From positions 254,014,001-254,078,000 of the forward strand of contig OZ024742.1 of the NCBI GenBank assembly GCA_964016885.1: a stretch of 64,000 nt of DNA, written 5' to 3'. Made by a program: the position numbers and the translations under genes. This document shows, one piece after another, positions 11,383-24,114 of this stretch. The notes under the pieces are model-generated. The model saw only the letters and a list, made by a program, of their open reading frames with translations, had not been told where the DNA came from and searched no databases. Each line of letters begins with the position of its first letter. Positions within the stretch are counted from its first letter, which is position 1. This stretch comes from Eledone cirrhosa. Taxonomy: Eukaryota.

Positions 11383-12906
11383 CTATTTATAACATACTTG
11401 ACCTCCTTTTCAACCCAAGAGACACATAAAACATATGCGCATATTGATCAACAGTGGGGTGACATTCATCAAATGATATAGCATGGCAATTTACATATAA
11501 AGGTTACAGGATAAAAATAAAATAAAAACAAGAGTGAAAATAAAGATAAACATGAAGCGTTGGCAGTCTATGAAGATAAAGCAAGAGGAAAGCTTCGAGT
11601 AGTCAGTGTATGAAACAATCTCCCGTGTAGCATGCACGCGTGTCTTATTTATACATGATTAGAGTGCGTCAGAATGATATTTGCAGGGTCAGGCAGTTGA
11701 AGCTGGCAATCGATCTTATTATGTAGGCTGAATTATTAAGTCATTTATTCTCATACATCTGTATGATATACAGTCTCGGATGCGGGGAAACACCAAAATA
11801 TCAAAAACCTTCAACATACTATAAACCTTATTGTATCGTAGGCAAGGCCGTACCACTGTCCTTGCTCACACCACCACTCACATAATCCATGAGACGCAAT
11901 ATATATATAGAGGACACGCGTCTATTGTATAATTCGCGGTGGTTCAGCATATAGTCAAGCTATAAACCGTATCCAGTCGGTTCTTAATTAATATATCATG
12001 CTGTTCAGATTCCGGAAGTGCCTGTATGACTAAGGGGAATTAATGTGTAAGGGGAGGTAACTAGCTAGTTATCTTAGTTACATTACTATGCTAAACTACA
12101 TTAATGGTGATTCAAATACGTGCCTATCATGTGAAGTTATAACTCATATCTAGAGTATGTTACCCATTTATAGGTTAGAGAGTTGTCTATTGAGAAGTAC
12201 AAGGGTGTATATATTAGGATGATTACCATCCATTAATTAAGGGGTGTCATATCTGAACGTTCTATAAGAGGAGTCAGACTCTCAAATCACTGCTCCATGC
12301 AAATGTAATATAACAGTAGGACCTGGTATGGTCCCACTATTATATATGCCACCCGGTAGGCTCTGGGCCATTGCATGCCTGCATCTCCAGTAAATCTTCG
12401 GTATGGTCCGGAGATCCAATCTCTCATATAAATGCACTAGTCTGGCCATCAAGCAATAGACAACCCCCGTCTCAAATATAAATCAATTATGTATCACATC
12501 TACAAGCTAGAGTGGAGTCTATTAATAGATACTAAAGGAGTTCACATCAAGATGATTACGTGCATAATTCATTGAACTGATCGCTTACAGTATATAATCA
12601 CTTAACAATACGATTATCTATCTAATCATCAATCTATCTCTTGGTGGTAATCCATGCACAGGACTATGCTATCGCAACCAGTACCGTGTCCCCAATTTAT
12701 ACTAATCTTATATTTGTGCAATGCAGAATAAGTAGTCCACGGTCGAGATATCAGTATTAGAGGTACAAGGGGGTATTCCCAGGGTAGGTGGTACTAAGAT
12801 GCTGTCAGTATTATCTTTAGAGTATAGAGATGGGTGTGGATGTGAGGTGTAAGGTGTGCTACTGATGTTAATTGCTAGGGGTGGTGCCGGTTCCAGTCTG
12901 ACATTA

Positions 12907-13329
12907 TTATATATAGGGTTTAAAGTTTTGGAACGAGTGTCGGAAGCGGTGTTGGCAATTTGCGAACACTTCTGATTTTTTATTAAGGAGATTATGTTTA
13001 GAGAAGATGATAGTATGGGTCTCTAGTAGACAGAGGTTACAAAATTTATCAGGTGGTTTGTACGATGTTGCACTACCTACCACTTCCCATTTAAGTGTAT
13101 ATATTTTATTTTTAGTTTTTAGATAGTGTATGTAGCTAGATAGTGAAGTGGAGTTGGCTAGACTGTGTTTTTTGAAAGAGTGGAGGTGCGAATTGTATCT
13201 AGTTTTGAAGCAGTTAGAAGTGGAGCCTATGTAGGTTTCAGAAGAGCTGTTAGTTGTGACTGTGCATGAGTATATGATATCCTTGGTTAAGCATTTTTTA
13301 TCTAAAGGGCAGGTTCTACTTGATTTATC
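12907..13329 (-). CDS. PLE GIY-YIG endonuclease domain (no start codon, absent from the ORF track)
   Basis: Hand translation: CPLDKKCLTKDIIYSCTV..ETYIGSTSNCFKTRYNSHLHSF..TSLSSYI..LKWEVV..CNLCLLE..LLNKKSE..CQHR..; similar to ORF 40592-41107. Confidence 0.88.
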   Translation of the reverse strand, partial: DKSSRTCPLDKKCLTKDIIYSCTVTTNSSSETYIGSTSNCFKTRYNSHLHSFKKHSLANSTSLSSYIHYLKTKNKIYTLKWEVVGSATSYKPPDKFCNLCLLETHTIIFSKHNLLNKKSEVFANCQHRFRHSFQNFKPYI

Positions 13330-13786
13330 TTACTGGTAATAGGATAGTAATTAATGACTATCTCTCACTATTTAGGGTTTGTGTATATATAATATATTAC
13401 CATTAAAGGTTTTATTGCATACATAACCATAAATAGTACCCTTAATACTATATATATATATATATATGATGGCTGCCCCCTCGATAACAAGTATGGCCAT
13501 TGCCCGATATAACATTATTAATAATTAATACTATCATGCAATGCGTGTCCGTGAAGATTTTTTTAAAAGTGAGGAAAGACTGTGCACAATCCCACGCTCT
13601 GAGCGACAGTAGCTATAACCCGAAAAGAAGAAAAGATCAACATCATCGGTAACTACTGAGCTGCAGGTTTTATGTTAGAGTTATCCCAGTTTCCTGGGTT
13701 GCCTTCTCCTAGAAGAATGCCCAGACAAAGGTTAGGGGTCCTTCACTCCCTATATACACACATATATATACATATATATATATACA

Positions 13787-13825
<39 letters not shown>

Positions 13826-13828
<3 letters not shown>

Positions 13829-14350
13829 GTAGAACACTGGGAGGTAATATCCGTAGTGGTAGAGCACTCAGTCCATGGGACGAGTTAGGTAGAAGTGGTT
13901 ACTCAACAGTTAGTTCACCATACCGAGAACAATTGTTTCACCTTAGCGGATCCTCAGCTCGTAATGGACATGGTTATACGGAACAGGAAGGACAACCGTA
14001 CGAACGCGCATGCGAAGAAACCGTCACTTCACACAGGCAATACTAAAAAGCGTGCGAGATGTGTAAGGGAGATAACTGCGAAAGTCCGAAAGGTTTCTAG
14101 TTAATAAGAAAAAATAAGATGTTGTGATTCAATCCGGAGTTTTGTAGTTATGTAAGAGGTGTTTCGAGACGTGTGGACAACGTGTGAAGAATTCATTACT
14201 CGTGTTTAGGCAATCACTATTGCATAATCTCTTTAGTATATTTTTCGTTCATCAATACATAGTCTACACGACGGATTCCGCCTTGCATATGGCTTGGACT
14301 TAGTGATGGCTTTCCATTGAATGGAGTAGTCTATACTTGAGTCCTTGAGG
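13826..14350 (-). mobile_element. PLE 3' fragment: frameshifted GIY-YIG C-terminus + 3' UTR + HHR, ending at (TA)n
   Basis: Minus 14340-14128 reads YSIQW..SKPY..CRLCIDE..CLNTSNEFFTRCPH with frameshifts; HHR at 13918-13967. Confidence 0.78.
13918..13967 (-). ncRNA. Type I hammerhead ribozyme
   Basis: Minus strand: ccattacgag-CTGAGGA-tcc gctaa ggt-GAAA-caatt-GTT-ctcggtatgg; palindromic stem III, GUU site. Confidence 0.82.
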
Positions 14351-14356
14351 AACCAT

Positions 14357-14797
14357 AGTAAGTGACATAGTCACTACTTTAAAAATGAGAGCATATGGTC
14401 TTCTAAATATTTTTAATTAAACATACAGTATATTGCCAAATATACTATACATACATTCAAGTATAAATCGCTATTTCAGAGTACCAATCCTAATACCTAA
14501 TTTTTGCTGGACCGGCAATCGCTCTGTATAATCAGCTCCTGATTATTACTGGAATTCTACCAGCTTCTATAATTTTTGGCAAAAGCAGGGGAGTACATGG
14601 CTATGATGAACGCTAACCAGTGTGAAACAGACTGTCAGCTTCTCCCCCTTCTTCACCGAAAAGAAGTAAGTGACATAGTCACTACTTTAAAAATGATAGC
14701 ATATGGTCTTCTAAATGTTTTTAATTAAACATACGGTATATTGCCAAATATACTATACATACATTCATGTATACATCACTATTTAAGAGCACCAATC

Positions 14798-14803
<6 letters not shown>
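14357..14803 (+). mobile_element. Non-coding terminally redundant unit (308-bp period) containing a decayed HHR
   Basis: Direct repeats 14357-14495 / 14665-14803 bracket an HHR-like motif; ends in (TA)n. Confidence 0.7.
14599..14640 (+). ncRNA. Hammerhead motif with C3A substitution
   Basis: ggct-ATGATGA-acgct aacc agtgt-GAAA-cagact-GTC-agct; all three stems pair. Confidence 0.65.
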
Positions 14804-14841
<38 letters not shown>

Positions 14842-15313
14842 TTGATATCATCACAATTCTGTATAGAATTCCACATGAAACAAAGAGAGTAACTATGAAG
14901 TCTGTACTAAATTCAGAATATAAACCAACAATTAACACACAGATACATCATACATGAAAGCAATTATAATAACTGCCATGCTTCTACTGTTGGGAAATTT
15001 TAAATCTGGCATAAATGATTTCTTACTACTCCCATGATCCTTTATGTCTATTAAGCATGTGACAAATATGTCATTAATGTGACCATTCTGATCCTGAAGA
15101 TGGAGCCATGAAGGCTTTTATATGTTAATACACAAATAAATTTAGGACTGTTACTGTTCCAAACTAAACATGAAAACTAATATAGAAATAGAAAAAATCA
15201 TGGTTAATTTAAATTCGAACATGGTTAATAATTATAAAATGAGTAAAAGAAAGTATAACTAAAGGACAGATGTTTCAGTAACGAAATGCCTGAAAAGTAA
15301 ATGAATGAATAAA

Positions 15314-15534
15314 TAATTGCTTCTACTTTAGGCACAAGGCCAGCAATTTGAAGGGGGAGTGGAATATTGATTAAATCAACCCCAGTGCATTACTGGAACT
15401 TTATTTTATCGACCCCGTAAGGATGAAAGGCAAAGCTAAACTCAGCAGGATTTGAACTCAGAACGTAAAGTGCCATAACTCTATGCTGCAAGGCATGGTC
15501 TCAGATGCTCTACTGATGCTGCCAATCCACCGCC
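15314..15534 (-). mobile_element. tRNA-derived SINE with Nin/Deu-like core
   Basis: B box GAGTTCAAATCC; core TTTGCCTTTCATCCTTACGGGGTCGATAAAATAAAG. Confidence 0.85.
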
Positions 15535-15862
15535 ATCAAAGGCAAAAGGTTTATCCACTCGGGGTGAGGAGAAACCATACATAATGCCATCTTCACTTTG
15601 TTGTTGTTCTTGTCCAGTTTAATGTCCAGTTTTCATAGTTGTATAAGTTAAATGGGTTGTCATGTTATGAGACAAGTCAGGTCAGATGAATGCATCTTAC
15701 TCATATGGAACTGTTTCTGACTTGGTTTCTACAGCTGGATACCCTTCTTAATGTCAACCACATTACAGTATGGATTGGATACTTTTTATCATGTCACCAA
15801 ACAACAATCTGACAGGTTAGGCTGGGTATATATATATATATATACCCAGCCTAACCTGTCAG

Positions 15863-16045
15863 GTTACTCAGCTGTAGAAATGAGATGATAGGGACTGGGG
15901 TAAAAAAAGCACCCAGCACTCACTGTAAATGAGGTTGGTGTTAGGAAGGGCATCCAGCTGTAGAAACCAAGCCAGAATCAGTTCCTGTCCCACCCTTGCA
16001 ATCAGGGAAAAAGCGGACGTAAAATGAAATGATGATGAAATGATA
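15863..16045 (+). mobile_element. 5'-truncated Meta-like SINE
   Basis: Matches the 3' half of 44243-44580. Confidence 0.8.
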
Positions 16046-16074
16046 TATATATATATATATATATATATTTATTT

Positions 16075-17690
16075 ATGTGTGTATTTGTTTTGCAATATCC
16101 TTGATGTGAAATTGTGAGTTGAAACAGATATAGTTATATTTGGGGTTGCCAATATTGCCAATAAAATTCCAATGCACTATTTGATTTTCAATTCTCTTAA
16201 TTTGTTTGTTAGCTTAAGTAACTGTCGAAGTTCTTTCATCACATTTTGTAACCTCTTCAATGAATATCTGTGCCTCTTCTTCTTTCTCATTTTATTTTGT
16301 TTACTCCATCATGTCTTTCTTTGGTACATTTCCCAATCTGTACATGTTTGTGTCTGTGCCTGTGTGTATATCTTTATGTTTGTCATGTGTATGTGCGGGT
16401 TTGTATCCCTATTTTTCTCTTTGTGTCTTCCTATTGTTTTTTCTCTTTCTTATATGTCCTATTCTGTCCTCAGTTGTTAGGTTGTTGGGTGGAGGTGTTA
16501 CTATTCCATTTGTGATTTCAGTTGAGGCTTGGTCTATTCTCTATAATATGTGTGGCCTCCATAATTTGTGTCAGTTCTATATATGGATAGGATCTTTACT
16601 TTTATGTTATCTATTGAGCCACTCTGTTTTAGATTGGTATGTTGGTATAGCACTGTTGGGCTTTTCTGTTTGAGTTCTTGCTCGTCCTTCTTTCTCCTAT
16701 GCTATAGGCTGTCTTTCCTACATATGCCACTGTCTTGTTTCTGCACTGTCCATCTGTACACCTTGTCCTATAAACTGCATTCCTAGTTTTATGTGGGATT
16801 ACTTCACACACTACAGATTCTATCAGTACAAAGGATTTTCTAAAAGGGATAAGTTCTACTGATCAGGGATTTTATGAGTGTTCCTGGATTTTCATCCACT
16901 TTAATTCTTAGGTTAACCTTATCTAAGGCTCTCCCTAGATAGTTTGCCTATAGTGATAGCATTGACAAACTTGACACTGGTATTTTTTGTTGTAATACCA
17001 TGAGTTGAGTTCCTTTATCTTCTTAGCATTTTCTATACTATTCCATATTTTTCTCATGTGTAGCAAACAAATCGCATTCCTATCATTTTCTATGATGTCT
17101 TAAATTATTCCATGGCTCCTTTGTATACTCTGATCCAATCTCTTTGGTTGCATGGATAAAGTGCTGTATATGTCTCTTTAACTCTGTGGGCCACGTTTTT
17201 TATCACTCCTATTAGGTCTACTATCAAGATATTGATCTTAGTATTATCTGAAATTGCTGAGCTCTGATGTATCAAGTACTTAGAGGTTATGGATTTGGCA
17301 TAATGTAAATGGAGGATTTGAGCTTTATCATTCTTCATTTCCAGTCAGAGTTCTGTGTCAAATATGGGTAGTCTGTGGATGGGATGTTTAGTAGGGGTAG
17401 TCTATAATTACCTTAATACTTCAGTGAATGGAGTTAGCTATTAGCTGGATGCTCTTCATGTTACTAGCTTCTAGTTCGAGTTCATGGGTACTCTCTTGTA
17501 GTGGTGATTTTACTACAAAATTAATATCATTGACATAGTGACAATACATGGCTAGGGCTATGGACCCCTCTACTATGCTTTCCTTGAGACTCATATTCCA
17601 CCATAACATAAACAGATTAGCCACATTGCCAGTCACGTTGACAGTAATGGTGTATATATTTTATTATTGAATTTACATATGTGGCCATCA
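16075..17690 (-). mobile_element. Degraded Penelope-like element related to 50238-52043
   Basis: SKYLI..SAISDNTKINILIVDL, YVNDINFV (degraded RT YxDD), RN.VY..CT....YVGKT..SIGER. Confidence 0.8.
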
Positions 17691-18184
17691 AACAACAACA
17701 ACAAATAACAACACATAACAACTACAAATACCAACTACAACAAACAACAATAACTACAGCCAGTAACAACAAACAACAAACTACAGCCAACAACAACAAA
17801 TATCGAGATCACATTTCCCTGTGAGTTCCCTGTTGTCAATATCTGTCCAATACCACTGAAGCTATATTTAAGGCCCTCTAGTTCCACCTATGCTACCATT
17901 TTGGTTCCTTTCCAAATCTTTATGATTCTCCTGATACTCCTGATCAGTGCCAAATATATTTCTACTTATGTAGTTATTGATTGTTGTTACTGTTCTTATT
18001 CGTTTTATAACAAAGGCTTTCGTTTTTCATTGTATTTTTCCTTTGTGAGGATAAGCTTTATGAGAATCATATTTACCATTCCCGTGAGCAGTCAAAAATG
18101 TTCCAATGTTTATTTTTTCGGTATTTTTAGGAATCCTACACCATGATTACAATCATCAGGACACAACAGTTTAGCATTATCATT

Positions 18185-18610
18185 GCGGTGCATTGGCAGT
18201 ATCGGTAGAGGGTCGGACGCCATGCCTTGACACAAAGAGTTACGGCCCTTGCCATTCTGAGTTCAAATACCGCCGAGGTTAACTTTGCCTTTCATCCTTA
18301 CGGGGTCGATAAAATAAAGTACCAGTAATGTACTGGGTAATTGCTGGCCTTGTGCCAAAAGTAGAAACAATTATTATCCTTTTAAATGGTGGTGGATTGG
18401 CAGTATTGCTAGAGCGTCAGACACCTGCTTCATGGCATAGAGTTACAGCCTTTTACATTCTGAATTCAAATCCCACCGAGGTTAGCTTTGCCATTCATCC
18501 TTACAGGGTCGATAAATAAAGCACTAGTAATGCACTGGGATCGATTTAATCAACTTTCCCCACCCCCTTCAAATTGCTGCCTTTGTGCATAAAGTAGAAA
18601 CAATTATTAT
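18185..18610 (+). mobile_element. Two tandem Nin/Deu-like tRNA SINEs (18185-18377, 18388-18610)
   Basis: Both have TGGCAGTAT.., a B-box and the CATCCTTAC.GGGTCGATAAA core. Confidence 0.85.
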
Positions 18611-21116
18611 CTGTTTATTCTTTTACTGGTTTCATAAACAGTATATCAATAAAACATGAAAATAGAATTACTTTCTTTAAATTTAACTATTAACAAAGTC
18701 ATAACATTAATTTAAACAACAGTTAATATGATGGATAATGAGAAGATATATTTTTACATATTTTCAGTTACCTCACAGTATTTAGTATCTCCACTTTAAA
18801 TTCCTGCTCTATTTAATATTCTTTTATTCTTTTACATGTTTCAATCATGAGACAGTGATCATACTGAGGCACCACCTCGATTTAACTAATTGTATTGACC
18901 CCAGTACTTATTTTTTTGTTAAAGTTTGTTACCTTCTTTATCAATCTCTTTTTTGTTGAACAAGACATAAACGCAGTGCCTGTGGGCAAAGTGTGATGCT
19001 GCAGGGTAGCAAAACATGAGCAGTAAATACAGAAGACAGGCATTGGCTGGAAAGAAATGAAACAACCATGCTTCATTGGATATGTAATGTAAATGTGAGA
19101 AAGGCAGAGCTTGGATGAACTGAGGGAGAAAGTGGATTCCTATTTCTTCTTTAATTTCTTATTCTATTTTCTTATGAAGGACTAGCGTCCAAAACATTAA
19201 AACTCTTTTCCTACTATATCAAGTGTAAAACAAATAATATATTTCTTCACTGTAGTGTGTCATTTGTTTTGTCATTTCTGTTTGCCTTTTGTGTATATAT
19301 ATATATATATTAGAAAAAGTCAGGGCCCAATGGCTGAGCACTTGCTGTTTCAACAGCTAGTTCTAAACTGTTAATAAACAGAATTACAGTTGACTGTAAG
19401 TATGTTTTGTTAACAGTCAACAGCAAGTATTGAGTACTTTGTTGAATGATGGTCTAACAAGATTAATCTTGATACATGTGTGCGTGTGTGTGTGTGTGTG
19501 TATCAATTTGAATGAATCTCCTGCCTGGCTAAGATCTTAATTAATTAATTATGAAATAGGTGGGCAAAGACAACGAAAAGATACAGGAAACACAGGACAG
19601 CCCTTTCTCATCAGTCAACCTCTGGAGGACTATGTGATTTCAGTGCATTAAGGTCTATATCACTCGCTCCAGTGTACATAGGACAGTAACAAGTAGACAT
19701 AAGACAGAATGATTGGTTTTTCAACTATTTCCACGTAAAATAAAATAGAATTTACTACAAACCAATGTGTTTCAACTGAAAAGAAGAGATGGAAACACAA
19801 CTCAACATAGTCTAGAAGAGAGAGTATGCATAGAATGCAAAATGAGAATGAGAAGCTGGAAGAGACAGTTTGGACATTAAGCCTGAATATACAAGCATAA
19901 TACACAGATAGAAAGTAACTGAATAAGAGAACAGAAAATGCAGATGGTGTAATGTTTAAAACCTGTCAATTTAAAAAAATGTTCGGTGTGGTTAAGATCT
20001 TATAAAATTAATTAAAAAAAGGTGGACAAAGACAATTGAAAAAGATATAATTATATATACGTATGAATGGATGTGTATATGTTCAATAGACTTCTGCAGT
20101 TTCCATCTCCCAAATTCCACTCACATGGTATTGATATTGTTCAGTAATAAAATAAATAAGCTTGCAATACCACAGACTCTATGATTCCACTTTAAAAAAA
20201 TTGGATGTGTACGTAATCAAAGCATGCATTATCACATTGCTAAATCAAGTCGAGTTATTTTCTGGACTAATTTTATATTCTCATAAAATAGTAATAATGT
20301 ACTAAGAAACCATAAGAAAATACATGATGATTTTGAAAACATAATTAATTTATTCTCATAACTATTATATCCTTAATTTCCACAACAATACAATAGTAAT
20401 TATTCTTGCAAAATCTTAGATAAAGATTGTATTCTAATTATATATGAACAAATAGTCTTTCATTCTTTTACACTTTTTCTTTTTACTTGTTTCAGTGATT
20501 AGGTTATAGATATGCTAGGACACCAGCTAAGAAGGACTTTAGGCAATGATATTGAATCCAGTAATTGTTTTTCTCAGTTTTTTAGTCTCTTTTTTTCAAT
20601 CTGCAAAGTTATGGGATAAATATCACAGACACACAGCCACAAACACAAACAGACATACACATTTATATAAATATTGAGTTTCTGCAGATTCTGTCAACCA
20701 AATTCCATTCACATGGCATTGGTCAAATCAAGGCTAAGTGTCACACTGGGAAAGTGAGCCCATGGCCATGAGGTTTTAAAGGGAATTCCTTATAAATTAA
20801 CTCTTAACACCCAGTAAAGATTTAGCAGAAAAATATTTAAAAACAGCTTTGTGAATTCAAATATTTAGAGAAACTTTAATAGAAGACAGATTGTTGTGTA
20901 AATTTGCAGTATTAGTGTAAAGCATTTATGCTTTAAGGTGATGCAGTCATGGTGCTGTTTAGTACATTTCAGGAATGTTTGGTTAATGTGGTTTCTTGTA
21001 GTACAGGAGAGTGAGGATCAAAACAAAAACTATAAGAATAAATTGGCTCACTTCTCTCTCTATTTGTCTCTCTCTACATATAGATAGATATATGTGTGTA
21101 TGCATGTATGTATATA

Positions 21117-21229
<113 letters not shown>

Positions 21230-21240
21230 CATATATAGCA

Positions 21241-21422
21241 GTGGGTACACAAAAGTTAGTTCACCATACCGAAGAACAACTGTTTCACCTCAGCGAATCC
21301 TCAGCGGTGAAAGAAACGTTCTCGGTATGGTGAACTAACTATTGTATAACCACTTCTACCTAACTCGTTCCATGGACTAGGTGCTCTACCACTACGGATA
21401 TTACCTTCCAGTGTTCTACCAC
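21241..21422. mobile_element. Fold-back copy of the 13826-13967 PLE tail, inverted within the HHR
   Basis: Right part is the reverse complement of 13826-13940; left arm is in the same orientation as 13898-13958; (TA)n on both sides. Confidence 0.82.
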
Positions 21423-21444
21423 TATATATATATATATATATATG

Positions 21445-22145
21445 GATCCCAGAACTGGATGGCACCGCTATTTGGAAAGACAGGCCAGTTGGCCACCCTG
21501 AACCCTTCGCACAGTGGAACCATAGTTTTGGAGCCCAGTACTGGATAGCATTGTTATGCGGAGGAACAGGCCAGTTGGCCATGCTGAACACCTCTCACAG
21601 GGGAACCACAGTCCAGGAGCCTGGAACTGGGTAGCACCGCTAAATGAGGAGGGACAGGCCAGTTGGCCACACTGAATCCTTCTAACTAGAGAATCACAGT
21701 TTGGGAACCTGGAACTGGATGGTACCACTATGATGAGGGACAGGCCTGTTGGCTGCACCAAAACCCTTCACATAGTGGAACCATAGTTTTGGAGCCAGGT
21801 ACTGGATGAGACCACTATAAGGAGGGACAGGCCAATTGGTTATGCTGCACCCATCTCATAGCATAACCATAGTTTTGGAGCCTGGTACTGGATGACTCCA
21901 CTATGAGGATGGACAGGCCAGTTGCTTCACATCATGAACCTACATTTCTGATGCCACATGGCACTGCTATGAGAAAGGGCAAGCCAGTTGGTCATGCCAA
22001 ACCCCTCTCAACGGAGCCACACAACGGAGTCACAGTGCAGTTGCCGCATGACACCGCTATAAGGAAGGACAGGTGAGTTAGCTGTGCCAAACCCATCTTA
22101 CTGTGGAACCATACTTTATGAGGGAGGTTTGGCCAGTTGGCAATG
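21445..22145. repeat. Degenerate ~87-bp tandem minisatellite (~7-8 units)
   Basis: CAGGCCAGTTGG-like motif recurs at 21481, 21567, 21655, 21741, 21828 and 21914. Confidence 0.85.
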
Positions 22146-22337
22146 TTAGCCTTACCCATAATTTACTGGGTAGGTCTGCTTGTTGACCATGTTTATGGTG
22201 TGGGGCTGGGTGGAGCTGTTATGACTCGAGTCCAGAGTTGACTTGTCGATATGGGTCTTTTGCTGTATGCTGTAGCTGCAGAGGACTTGATCCTGGAATG
22301 GGTGTTTTAAATACCAGTGCTACATTTTTCTTCAGAA

Positions 22338-22368
<31 letters not shown>

Positions 22369-24114
22369 TTGTGTGTTTGTGTGTGTGTGTTAGTTAGCCT
22401 GAATGTAGCCAGTTACTCTGAAACTACAAGAATGTATGAAATTCCTTTTGTCTTTGTACTAAATACTAAAAATATTGAATTGGAACATTGTTAATGGATG
22501 AAGGCTATTCATTTCCTTTATCATGAAAAGTATTTAATCCAAACATAACTAACAGCTTACAATCAACACCAAGATGGCATATACAATAAAGTTTCTTAAC
22601 AATAGGGGAGAGAGTTAGATGAAGACAGATGTTTGAGGGAGTGATGGTGAGATGTGAGAACATACAAGTATTGGGTGACAAACAGATTACAAACTCATTA
22701 ACCTTAAGGCATTCTCTGCACAAGCTTTCACAACCTTACATTATTACCTTTAGGTGAACTAAATAAATATAAATACATTACAGCCTATGTGTGATTGGAG
22801 GATATTCAATGTGCTTTTTGCTGCAGGCGATGGCCCCCATTCTTTGATTATTTCAATGGCTTTTCTTCAATTATTTAAGCACATAACAAGATTTTAAAAG
22901 TTAATTAATGGACAAAATAGACAAGAAATGGTCATTATTTGACACTCAAATGAATATATTCTACAAAATAAAGCTGCAGCTTGTAAATCATTATTCTTCC
23001 TATTATATTTATTTGTTTCTCAAAGGATTATTATAATCCAAAACAAGTTCTTAAGATCAGCTATTACATTAAATTTATGGAAAGGATGGCACCTGGGTGT
23101 TTTAGTTAAATGGTAAGTTCTTGCAACCATGAGAAAAAATGGGATGGCCTTATAATAATGAATATAAAACAAAATGTTATGCCATAATACCACTGACAAA
23201 TTGCTACATAATTTCCACCATACCACTGATGAAATGCATGCACAATACAATTTAAATAACATCGACCCTTTTGATATGAACCTGGCCAAAGCAGGCTCTG
23301 GTTCTATGAAACAAAACTACTTATTTTAAAAGGTTTTTATTTGAATTAAAGTCTCCCTACGTAATTTTATATAAGAACCATATGTTAAGTTACTATTTTA
23401 GTAATGAATACAATAATTTGAAAAAGTGCCTCAAAATTCTTCATTAATCATTTTGATATCAACTCAGTCAAAACCAAATCTTGTCAAATTTAAATAGTAA
23501 CCCTTTAAAATGGGTAGTTACCCCATTTTAAAGGGTTCCTATATAAACTAAAACCTTCCAACATAATTTTATGGTCATTTGTTAAATGATGTTACAAATT
23601 TTACCTTAATTATTACAGTGGATTTCATTAGCAATATCGTCACAAAAGGTATATGAACAACACAGAATCAAAATAACACTCATTAATGTATTCTTTTATT
23701 CTGTTACTGGTTTCAGTAATTAGACTGCAGTCATGCTGGGGCAGTGCTTTGATTTAGTCAGTCGTATCAACCTCAGTGTATAGTTTTCAAATCTGGTGAC
23801 TATTTTAGCAATCTCTTTTGTTGATAAGCACAAACACAAATGTAAAAATAGAAATAGATACACATATACACACATTCATACACATACATATGCACATACA
23901 CATATATGTATAGATATATATGTACACACATGACAGGCTCAGTGTCCTTCTAACAAATTACACTCACAAAGTATCGGTTTACCCAAGGCTATAGAAAAGG
24001 GTGTTTGCTCAAGGAACACTGCAGTGGGATTAAACCTGAGAGAACATAGTCATGAACGAAACTCCTTAACAATCCAGTCATGCCATCATCATCATTTTAC
24101 ATCCGCTTTCCCTC

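Larger units (their letters stand above)
11295..13329 (-). mobile_element. 5'-truncated Penelope-like element: GIY-YIG domain + ~1.6-kb 3' UTR + terminal HHR
   Basis: Hand-translated GIY-YIG at 12907-13329; HHR at 11334-11382; TA-rich flanks. Confidence 0.82.

Noticed and set aside
15090-15125. CTGAAGA followed by a hairpin
   Set aside because: No downstream GAAA, stem III or NUH
19165-19206. Possible relic hammerheads here and at ~54772-54808 (minus)
   Set aside because: Two or more core mismatches and poor stem I; not distinguishable from chance by eye
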